Origin: Deltaproteobacteria bacterium | GTDB lineage: Bacteria > Desulfobacterota > Desulfarculia > Adiutricales > Adiutricaceae | Reading direction: 5' to 3' | NCBI GenBank assembly: GCA_031278475.1 | Contig: JAITKK010000225.1 | Location: 1-57,495 of the forward strand | DNA length: 57,495 nucleotides | Part shown: piece by piece, positions 49,806-57,495 of the stretch | Position numbering within the stretch: position 1 is the stretch's first letter | Layout: each line of letters starts with the position of its first letter | Program-made: the position numbers and the translations under genes | Notes under the pieces: generated by a model | Told to the model about the DNA's origin: nothing | The model's input: only the letters and a program-made list of their open reading frames with translations | The model's database searches: none

Positions 49806-51511
49806 TGGGCGCGCCCCTTGGGCTTGTTGTCCTGCTGGGGCGGCCTTTGGGAGGAGAAGGCATGCCTGCGGCCGGATGACCGTTTGCGGCCGCCCCGGTG
49901 GTCCTGGGGGACGCCGTTTTGCCCGTTCCCGCCGAAGGGCGGCTTGGGGCCCTGGCCTTGGGAGGCCTCGGCGCCTTCCTCCTGGCTCTTTATCACCTGC
50001 CCGGGCTTTAGGGAGTTGTCCGGCCCCTGGGCCGCCTTCTCCGAGGTTATCTCGAACTTGGCGGGGGCGAGAGACGGGTCCCCTATTACCATGATCCTTG
50101 TGTTGTGGCGCTCCTCGAGGCGGGAGATCTCGGCCCTTTTGACGTTTAGGACGTAGTTCGCGACCTCCGGGTTTAGCCTCGCCCGGTAAATGAGCGTGCC
50201 AATGCCGCCCTTGACCGAAAGCTGCTGGGCCGCGACCCTCAAAAACGACACGGCCGCGCTCTCGGCCGTGAGGACCTGGCCCTTGCCGCCGCAGTGGGGG
50301 CACTCCACGTACATGCCGGCCTCGACGGGCGGCCTTATCTTCTGGCGGGTGAACTCGAGCAGGCCGAACTTCGATATGGAGCCGAAATCCATCTTGGCCT
50401 TGTCCGTGCGGGAAGAGTCCCTGAGCTTGCGCTCCACGTCCCTGCGGTGCCTTTCCTCCCGCATGTCGATGAAGTCCACCACCACGACCCCGCCCAGGTC
50501 CCTAAGCCTCAGCTGCCTCGCTATCTCCTCGGCGGCCTCCATGTTGGTGTTGAAGACCGTCTCCTCGAGGGTGTTCTCCCTGGAACCTTTCCCGGAGTTG
50601 ACGTCTATCGCTACCAAGGCCTCGGTGGGCGCTATCACGATGGAGCCGCCTCCCTTTAGCCTCACCGAGGGATGGCGCAAGGTCTCAAGCTGCTGCTCCA
50701 GCTGGTGCCTTGAGAATATGGGCCTCTTCTCGTTGTGGAGCCTCACCTTGTGGAGCTGATCGGGCGCTATGGCCTTTATGTACTCCCTCACCTTGTTGTA
50801 GGTGGCGGGCTCGTCAACCATGATCTCCGAGCAGTCGGAGGTGAAGTGGTCGCGGAGGACCTTTATTACCAGATCGTGCTCCTTGTAGATGAGGCTGGGG
50901 GCCGGTGCCTCAAGGCCCTGGTGGCGAATGTCCTCCCAGCGGTTGTAGACCTCGTAGAGGTCGTCCGCCAGCTCGGCCCTTGAGCGCTCCTCGGCCACGG
51001 TACGCACGATGTAGCCGCAGCCCTCAGGCACGGGAAGCTTCTCGGCTATGGCGCGCAGGCGGTTGCGCTCCTTCTCGTGGGAGATCTTGCGGGAGACGCC
51101 CACGTGCTTCCTGCCAGGGGTCAGGACCACGAAGCGGCCCGGAAGGGATATGTAGGTGGTGAGCGCGGCCCCCTTGACCTGGCCCGGCTCCTTTGTCACC
51201 TGCACGAGTATGGGCTGGTAGCGGCGCAAGAGCTTCCGGATGTCCGGGTGCCTGCTGTTGCCGCTGTCCTCCATGTAGTATTCCGGGTGGATGTCCTCCA
51301 GCTGCAAAAAGCCGTTGCGGTCCGTCCCGAAGTTGACGAACGCGGCCTGCAACGAGGGCTCTATGTTCTGGATGAAGCCCTTGTAGATGTTGGTTAGGCA
51401 TATCTGCCTGAGGTTCGAGTCCGTGTAGAACTCCTGGAGCATGCCTTTGGAGTCCAGCATGGCAACGCGGCACTCCTCCGGGTCGGCCGCGTTTATAAGG
51501 ATTTTGTCCAC
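49802..51511 (-). CDS. rng: ribonuclease E/G family endoribonuclease with Arg/Gly/Pro-rich C-terminal tail
   Basis: ILINAADPEECRVAMLD and the S1 domain NIYKGFIQNIEPSLQAAFVNFG. Probable GTG start at 51511 after GGAGGG. The ORF extends to the ATG at 51634, but those 41 codons do not resemble the family N-terminus. Confidence 0.85.
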   Translation of the reverse strand: MDKILINAADPEECRVAMLDSKGMLQEFYTDSNLRQICLTNIYKGFIQNIEPSLQAAFVNFGTDRNGFLQLEDIHPEYYMEDSGNSRHPDIRKLLRRYQPILVQVTKEPGQVKGAALTTYISLPGRFVVLTPGRKHVGVSRKISHEKERNRLRAIAEKLPVPEGCGYIVRTVAEERSRAELADDLYEVYNRWEDIRHQGLEAPAPSLIYKEHDLVIKVLRDHFTSDCSEIMVDEPATYNKVREYIKAIAPDQLHKVRLHNEKRPIFSRHQLEQQLETLRHPSVRLKGGGSIVIAPTEALVAIDVNSGKGSRENTLEETVFNTNMEAAEEIARQLRLRDLGGVVVVDFIDMREERHRRDVERKLRDSSRTDKAKMDFGSISKFGLLEFTRQKIRPPVEAGMYVECPHCGGKGQVLTAESAAVSFLRVAAQQLSVKGGIGTLIYRARLNPEVANYVLNVKRAEISRLEERHNTRIMVIGDPSLAPAKFEITSEKAAQGPDNSLKPGQVIKSQEEGAEASQGQGPKPPFGGNGQNGVPQDHRGGRKRSSGRRHAFSSQRPPQQDNKPKGRAQ

Positions 51512-51678
51512 TATCCCTCCTAAGTAAAGGATGAAGTTTGCAAGCGTTGTGCTGTCTTTGGCCCATGGGCCCGGATGCTGCGCGCTCCCGGGGCCCTTGG
51601 GCTGCGGATTTTCCGCGGGTTGCGTTCCCGCCATGGGGGCCCTTGCTTTTAGGCAAGGGCCTGTGATTGATAGTTTCC

Positions 51679-54600
51679 CTACGGCCTCAGGCCGCCCTGG
51701 GCGTCGCCCTGGGGCTGGGGCCCTTTGGCGCCTTTGGCCGCCTGAGGCCCTTTGGCCTTGATTCCCTGGGATTCAAGGCCTTGGGGCATCAGGATGCCCG
51801 TGTCAGGGCCGTCCTTCGGGGCGTCCGCCGGGGCGTCCTTCAAAACGCCCGACAGGTCGATGCCCACGGAAATCGTCTTGGCGAACGAGCCCTTGCGGCG
51901 GTTGGCGACCTGGTACATGAAGGCCTCGAGCCTTGACTGGGTGTTGGTCTGGCTCTGGCCGTCGAAGGCAAGGCTTATGAGCGGGAGCCCCTTGGCCATG
52001 CCCCTGAAGCGCTGGGTAAGGGAGCCCACCACCATGCCGGGCATGCAGGTGAAGGGCATGATGTTCACAAGGCCCGCCGCCCCGCGGTGGAAGAACTCCA
52101 TCCCCTTCCCAAGCGAGAGTATGCCCTCGCCCTGGAAGGAGCGATCAAGGAAGCCCTCGCCAAGGCGCACCACCTCGGACACGGGCGGGTCCTTGGCCCC
52201 GTCCGGGAAGAAGCCCTTGAAGGGCTTCGCGAGCTTCGAGAGCTCGTAGTCCTGGGCCAAGAGGGTGAGCCTTGTCTTTAGCGTGCGCCCGAGATCGCCC
52301 GCGCGCCTCGCCCTCATGTTGTTGACGAAGCCCGTGTAGAGGATCCACTCCACCAAGGGGGGCATCTCCACCTCGGCCCCCAGGGCCTCGAGCCTGCGGA
52401 TGATGTTTTCGTTCGCGAAATCGTTGTTGCGCACGTAGATCTCGCCCACAAGGCCAACCTTGGGCCTTTCCGGGAACGGGCCTTCCGCCATCGCGGCCTC
52501 GAAGCGCTCCCTTCCTTGGGCCAGCTCCGCTATGATGTCCCTCACGCTCCCGTCCTCGATGGCCCTTTCAAGGGCCCTCAATGACTCGGAGTAGGCAAGG
52601 TCGGCCGCGCCTGGGGCCTTTTCCCGTGGCCTTGCCCTGAGGAGGGCCTTCTGCAAAAGATCGACCGCGGCAAGGGCCCTCCAGATGGCCTTGGACAGGC
52701 TTCCCGCGCCCCTCGCCTTGGCGGCCCCGTCCAGGTGCTTGTACATGCCGCCGGTTTGATCGAGAGCCAAGACCTGCACGCCAGGGAGCCCCTGGCGGCG
52801 GAAGAGCAGGCTCAGGTAACGGCTGTACTGGCCGAAACGGCAGGGGCCGTTGGAGGTGGGCATGAATAGGGCCGATTTGTCGGGATCGAAGCCCGGCCTT
52901 TGGGATAGCTTGAAAAAGTCGCCCACGGTAAGGATCAGCGGGTAGCATTCCTTCCCTGAGGTCTGGGAACGGCCCAGGTCCACCGTCTCCTGGTCGGATG
53001 GCGGGAGCGCCTCGCTGTCGAGCCCGAAACGCCTCAGGGCCGCGGCCAGGGGCCCCGTGTGGTCGCACATGGGCGGGATGTAGATGGTCTGCCCGGGCCT
53101 TGGGCCCTTGAGGACGCCTATGGGCCGCCTCCCCTGGCTGATGGGGGGCATCCCCTTCCTGCGCCTCGCGTCCAGGGAGTCCAGGAAGGCCTCGAGCCTT
53201 GTCACCGCCCCCACGTCCGAGCTGTGCTCGTCAATCTCTATCTCGAGGTAGGGCTTGTCGCCGAGCGAGTTCTTGAAGAAGTGGAGGATGAAGGAGTCCG
53301 GGCCGCAGCCGAAGTTGGATATGTAGAGCGCCTGAAGCCTGGGATCCGTCGCGACTATCCTTGCCGCCTGGCTAATCTTCTGTCCGTAGCGCCAGTAGTG
53401 GGACAGGGACTCCTCGTCGTCACCAAGGGTCCCTACCGGGAGCAGGTCCATGGGTATGCCAAGGATCCCAAGGTCCCTCATCTTCTCGTTGAGCCTGAGG
53501 TTAAGGCCCGGGTCAAAGCCGTTGTAGGGCCTCGACACCACCACCATGGCAAGGGAATCCTCGCCAAGGCCCTTCAGCGCCTCCTCGCCCTTGGCCAAAA
53601 GCCTCTCCTGGAAGGCATCCTGGGCCTTGCGCCCCGCCTTGAGGGCGTTGGGTACCTCGGACGCATGGGCCCCCAGCTTGGCGGCCAGGGCCTTAAGGGA
53701 GTTCAGGAGGGCCTTCTCGCCCTCGCCGAAGAAGACCGGGCCCCGTACAAGGAAGGGCTCCTCCAGGCCCAGGGCCGCCGGCGCCGTGTAGGCGAGGGAT
53801 TGGTTGTAGGGGCAGGCAGTGCTGTCCGGGGCCTTGCGGGCGGCAGCCATTATCTTGTCCTTGCCCTTGGGCTTGGATTTCTCCTTGGGTTTGGATTTGG
53901 ATATATCCTCCCCGTTGCCCTTGGGGCCCTTGGGCCCGGCCGCGCCCGCTTGGGCGCGGGCGTCGGTCCCGTTCCCGCCCCTGGCCTTGTCCGCCTCGGC
54001 CTGGGAGCGTCCGGGGGGCATGTTCACGATGGAGGGGATCAGTATGTGGTCAAGCCCCATGCCCATCAGATCCAAAAGATGCCCGTGGGCGGCCTTTATG
54101 GGGAAGCAGAACTCGCCAAGGGTCCTCTCGCAGCCCTTGTGGATGGTCGCCTTGCTGGTGGGGGGCGACCACACGGGCTCAAGGCCCAGGGATGCCAGAA
54201 AGACCGCCCAGAACGGGCCCAGCTCGGAAAAGAACATGCCCCTGGCCAGGCCCACCCGCTTTTTGAATGGCACCTGCCCTGGGCCCTTCCCGTAGGGAAG
54301 TTCGGAAAGCTCGGGCGGGTCGTAGGCCAGCTTGTGGCGGAAGGCGAAAAGATCCGGGAGATCCTTCCCCTTTTTGTCCTTCCCCCTGCCCTCGTCGTAG
54401 CGGTCGCAGCGGGAGCCGTAATGGAAGGGCTTGCCGCCTTTTACCGTCACCTGCCTTATCTCGCAGACGTTCTCGCAGTGGCGGCACTCGAAGCTTTTTA
54501 CCTTGTAGTCCCTGTCGGATAGGTCGAAGCCCGCGAATGAGCTCTCATCCCAGGTCTTCCTGTCCCTGGCGATGAGCGCCGCCCCCACCGCTCCCGTCAC

Positions 54601-56310
54601 GTCCGCGTTGTCCGGGACGGTTATGGCCCTCCCTAGCCTCGACTCGAAGGCGGAGGCCACCCCCTCGTTGAAGCTGGTCCCGCCCTGGAAGAAGATCCGC
54701 TCGCCCACCTTCCTGGTCTCGACCACCCTTCCCAGGTAGTTCGCTACTATGCCGTGGCAGAGCCCGGCCACAAGGTCGGCGTGCCCCACGCCGTTCTGCT
54801 GGTGGTGGACAAGATCCGACTCCATGAACACCGTGCAGCGCTCGCCAAGCGACACAGGCCCCTGGCTTGAGAGCGCGAGGGACCCGAACTCCCCCTTGAT
54901 GTCGATTCCCAGCTTGTCGGCCTGCTCCTCCAGAAAGGAGCCGGTGCCAGCCGCGCAGGCCTTGTTCATCATGAAGTCGACTATGACCCCGTCCTTTACC
55001 GAGATGTACTTGGAGTCCTGGCCGCCTATCTCGAATATGGTGTCGACAGCCGGATCGATTGCGACCGCCGCCGTCGCCTGGGCGGTTATCTCGTTCACCG
55101 TCATGTCCGCGCCAAGGTAGTCGGCCGATAGGTACCTGCCCGAGCCGGTGGTGCAGGCGCCCAGGACCCCCGCCTTGTCCCTGGCCTCGGGCGGGATCAT
55201 CGCGAAGCCCTTGCATATGGCCTCCAGCGGCCTTCCGGCCGTGGGCAGGTAGACCCTGGAGAGCAGCCTGCCCTCGGGCGTGACCAGCGCGATGTTCGTG
55301 GATACCGAGCCCACGTCCACGCCCACGTAGACGGGCACCTTCCCGCCTTCCGGGACGGCCCCCCAGTCGAAGTCCGAGACCTTGGGTCCCTGGGGCCTCC
55401 TTGCGAGGGGTTTCTGCCGGGCGGGCGGCTCGTGGGGGGCTTCGAGCCATTCGGCCAAGGGGGCCAGATTCAGCCCCGGGGCGTCCGCCCCGGGGCCCTC
55501 TTCCAGGAGGCCGCAGGCGGCGCCGAGCGCCCCGAACACGAAGGATTGGGAGGGGATCACAAGCCCTTCCCCGGGAAGTTCCAGGATCTCCCTAAGGGCC
55601 CTCGCGAGCCCCGGGTTGGCCGCGACCCCGCCCGTGAAGAGAACCGGGGCGTCCAGCGTCCTCCCCTTGGCGAGCCCGCCCTTGAGGCTTCTGGCCATCG
55701 CGAGGCAGAGGCCGTAGATTATCTCGTAGTCCGGGGTGGCTGACTGCTGGAGGTGGATCATGTCGCTTTTGGCGAAGACGCTGCAGCGGCCGGCCACCCT
55801 CGGCGGGAGCTTGGAATCCAGCGCGAGCGAGCCGAAACGGGAGATGTCGTAGCCCAGGCGGTGGGCCTGCTGGTCCAAAAAGGAACCGGTGCCGGCCGCG
55901 CAGATGGCGTTCATGGCGAAGTCCTGAAGCGTCCCGCCGTCTTCCGGGTCGAACCAGAGCAGCTTGGTGTCCTCGCCGCCTATGTCTATGAGGCTTCTCG
56001 CCTCGGGGAGCACCTTTTTGGCGGCAAGGGCCAAGGCCATTATCTCGCCTATGCGGGACCCGGACAAAAGGGAGGCCAGGCGGGGGCCGGAGGCCCCCGT
56101 CACCTTGGGCGCGTGCAATTTTTCCGGAGGGTACTTGGCGCAGAGGCCCGAGAGGGCCTCGTAGGCGGCGTGGAAGGGCCTGCCGTGGTGCCGGAGGTAG
56201 ACCCCTTCGCGGAGATTCCCGGAGTCGTCCAGGAGGGCCACCTTGACGCTCACCGAGCCCGCGTCCAGTCCCAGATAGTATCGCCCTGAGGCTGAGGTTG
56301 TATCGTCCAT
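51679..56310 (-). CDS. BadF/BadG/BcrA/BcrD-type activase (two ASKHA ATPase modules) fused to a 2-hydroxyacyl-CoA dehydratase-like domain
   Basis: 1543 aa. Two repeats of the GLDAGSVSVKVA / GVDVGSVSTNIA activase N-termini, each with a C..GTGSFLD(E)Q block. The C-terminal half resembles HgdB/DUF2229-type domains. It has a lysine-rich low-complexity insert. Confidence 0.85.
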   Translation of the reverse strand: MDDTTSASGRYYLGLDAGSVSVKVALLDDSGNLREGVYLRHHGRPFHAAYEALSGLCAKYPPEKLHAPKVTGASGPRLASLLSGSRIGEIMALALAAKKVLPEARSLIDIGGEDTKLLWFDPEDGGTLQDFAMNAICAAGTGSFLDQQAHRLGYDISRFGSLALDSKLPPRVAGRCSVFAKSDMIHLQQSATPDYEIIYGLCLAMARSLKGGLAKGRTLDAPVLFTGGVAANPGLARALREILELPGEGLVIPSQSFVFGALGAACGLLEEGPGADAPGLNLAPLAEWLEAPHEPPARQKPLARRPQGPKVSDFDWGAVPEGGKVPVYVGVDVGSVSTNIALVTPEGRLLSRVYLPTAGRPLEAICKGFAMIPPEARDKAGVLGACTTGSGRYLSADYLGADMTVNEITAQATAAVAIDPAVDTIFEIGGQDSKYISVKDGVIVDFMMNKACAAGTGSFLEEQADKLGIDIKGEFGSLALSSQGPVSLGERCTVFMESDLVHHQQNGVGHADLVAGLCHGIVANYLGRVVETRKVGERIFFQGGTSFNEGVASAFESRLGRAITVPDNADVTGAVGAALIARDRKTWDESSFAGFDLSDRDYKVKSFECRHCENVCEIRQVTVKGGKPFHYGSRCDRYDEGRGKDKKGKDLPDLFAFRHKLAYDPPELSELPYGKGPGQVPFKKRVGLARGMFFSELGPFWAVFLASLGLEPVWSPPTSKATIHKGCERTLGEFCFPIKAAHGHLLDLMGMGLDHILIPSIVNMPPGRSQAEADKARGGNGTDARAQAGAAGPKGPKGNGEDISKSKPKEKSKPKGKDKIMAAARKAPDSTACPYNQSLAYTAPAALGLEEPFLVRGPVFFGEGEKALLNSLKALAAKLGAHASEVPNALKAGRKAQDAFQERLLAKGEEALKGLGEDSLAMVVVSRPYNGFDPGLNLRLNEKMRDLGILGIPMDLLPVGTLGDDEESLSHYWRYGQKISQAARIVATDPRLQALYISNFGCGPDSFILHFFKNSLGDKPYLEIEIDEHSSDVGAVTRLEAFLDSLDARRRKGMPPISQGRRPIGVLKGPRPGQTIYIPPMCDHTGPLAAALRRFGLDSEALPPSDQETVDLGRSQTSGKECYPLILTVGDFFKLSQRPGFDPDKSALFMPTSNGPCRFGQYSRYLSLLFRRQGLPGVQVLALDQTGGMYKHLDGAAKARGAGSLSKAIWRALAAVDLLQKALLRARPREKAPGAADLAYSESLRALERAIEDGSVRDIIAELAQGRERFEAAMAEGPFPERPKVGLVGEIYVRNNDFANENIIRRLEALGAEVEMPPLVEWILYTGFVNNMRARRAGDLGRTLKTRLTLLAQDYELSKLAKPFKGFFPDGAKDPPVSEVVRLGEGFLDRSFQGEGILSLGKGMEFFHRGAAGLVNIMPFTCMPGMVVGSLTQRFRGMAKGLPLISLAFDGQSQTNTQSRLEAFMYQVANRRKGSFAKTISVGIDLSGVLKDAPADAPKDGPDTGILMPQGLESQGIKAKGPQAAKGAKGPQPQGDAQGGLRP

Positions 56311-56933
56311 CTATGGGGAAACCCGAAACTTACATGGTTTTGTGGGCCCGTTGCCAAAAAACAGGCCCCAGCCGCGCCGGGGCGGGACGCCCCGGCCCGG
56401 GGCCGGAAGGCCTTTTGGGCCGGCACTTGGGCCTTATGGCAGGACCTCTGGAAACGGCTAAAGAACGGGCTTGGGGATGGGCCTGGGTCAAGCCCAAGGC
56501 CACCCTGGCACGGGACGCAGGGAACCGGGGACGAGCGGGGCTTAGGGCCCCGCCGTCAGCCACGGCCCGCCTGGGCCGGGTAACGCCGTTCTGGTGGCCG
56601 TTCAGGCCTTTGGGGGGAAAGCTCTCAAGCGGGACTTGCGGGGCGGGGGCCTCTTGGCGGCCAGGCTCTTCGCCCTCTGGCGTCTTGCGCCAAGGGCATC
56701 CCAACATTTTAATACGCTATTGTAGCATAAATATAAAAAATGTAGTGCCAAAACCTAAATTTTGGCAAATTTTTCCCTAATATCCACGTGCCGGTGGGGC
56801 CAAGCAGGCCCAGGGGCACTCGGCCCCCGGCCAAGGCACGGGGCGCGCCCCAAGGGAGGCGCGGCGGGAAAAACCAGACAGATGGTACCACAAAGCCCCC
56901 TGACTTGGTAGCCCGTCCCGGGTTCCTTGCCAG

Positions 56934-57068
56934 GCCGCGGCCTTGGGCGCGGCCTGGGGCCCGGCCTTGGGCTTGCCCTTGGGCCTGCCCTTGGGCCAGC
57001 CATTGGGCCTGCCTTTGGGCCTGCTTTTGGGCCTGCTTTTGGGCCTGCCCTTGGGTCCGCCCTCTTGG
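56934..57068. repeat. tandem repeat, 12-bp unit GGGCCTGCYYTT, about 11 degenerate copies
   Basis: ggcctgcccttg / ggccagccattg / ggcctgcctttg / ggcctgcttttg and so on. Open in several frames on both strands, giving QAQG/GPKA peptide repeats. Confidence 0.85.
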
Positions 57069-57495
57069 CAATGCGGTGAATAGCTCCGGCTGGCCGTCCT
57101 GGGCCGTCCCGGGGCGTCCTGGGCCTTGGCATAAAGCCTCTATCCCAAAGGAAAAGCCGCAGGGGCGGGGCTAACACGAAGGTCAAGGTTTTTGTCAAAG
57201 CCAAGGTCTTGGAAATGAACGATGTAGTAGGAAAATGGCCCCAAAAGAGAGGCCCTGGGACATAAGAAGCCACAATTGCCTATAAAGAGGCTTAATAAAA
57301 CGAAAAACCGCAACAGGGCGAAAAACCCGGCCCGATGCCGTGCCGGGAGGCCAAGGAGGCTCCCCGCAGGGGTCGTCCCCTGTCTTCACAAAAGGCCCTT
57401 TTTGCGATATAAATAGGGATGGCGCAAGCCTTTGATATCGCTTAGGTGGCACTATGGTCAAATCATTCGAGACATTTTCGGCGGTTGCGGCATAC

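Noticed and set aside
49272-50303. Full 343-aa ORF overlapping the RNase E/G 3' region
   Set aside because: Only the last 177 codons (from the ATG at 49805) form a plausible lipoprotein. The upstream part is an R/P/G-rich out-of-frame overlap with the RNase gene.
51512-51634. N-terminal 41-codon extension of the RNase E/G ORF (MAGTQPAENPQ...)
   Set aside because: The family N-terminus (xKILIN...EEcRVA) begins at the GTG at 51511, which has a GGAGGG upstream. The extension is low-complexity. I kept it as an alternative start only.
53059-54522. 487-aa ORF on the plus strand
   Set aside because: It is antisense to the 1543-aa activase-dehydratase gene, whose motifs are unambiguous. It is a shadow ORF.
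56709-57273. ORFs of 120, 172 and 128 aa giving QAQG / GPKAGP / WACP repeats
   Set aside because: They are generated by the 12-bp tandem array at 56934..57068. They are open on both strands and have no start context or flanking globular sequence.

Overview
The window is a GC-rich bacterial chromosomal segment with about 40 credible genes. Long, AT-richer intergenic spacers make up roughly a quarter of the window by my gene calls.

Core content:
- A shikimate-pathway cluster: aroQ, then aroA-aroE-aroK/aroB on the minus strand, an insertion, then aroC. uvrA sits between aroQ and aroC.
- A cheY-cheA pair, hom, and a minus-strand operon of HDOD protein, lspA, REC-histidine kinase and queH. Several of its gene junctions overlap by 1-4 nt.
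- A flavin reductase-like gene, a CPA2/KefB-type antiporter, cysE, two PilZ proteins, an RdgC-like gene pair coupled to plsC, and three lipoproteins.
- A PAS/hybrid histidine kinase, pepF, an alpha/beta-hydrolase-like gene, RNase E/G, and a 1543-aa BadF/BcrA-type activase-dehydratase fusion.

The gene content and the frequent AGG/ATA codons despite high GC suggest an anaerobic, possibly thermophilic, Desulfobacterota-like lineage. I cannot assign taxonomy from sequence alone.

Most interesting observations:
1. A roughly 7 kb region lies between tRNA-Asn(GTT) and tRNA-Lys(CTT), and its core is low in GC. It carries a ParB-like gene with a CTP-switch motif, tightly linked to an orphan type III Mod-like DNA methyltransferase that has a roughly 300-aa uncharacterised C-terminal region. 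Next to these are a roughly 0.5 kb GC-rich array of about 27 degenerate 18-bp iterons and a promoter/terminator-bounded small-RNA candidate. There is no ParA, Res, integrase or replication gene.
2. Short tandem repeats, each with its own unit sequence, occur in almost every long intergenic spacer and at some CDS termini.
3. A divergent ISAzo13-like transposase relic that is still an open reading frame interrupts the aro cluster.

No CRISPR array, rRNA, reverse transcriptase or cas-like gene was seen. All product calls rest on motif recognition by eye. None has been verified by database search.
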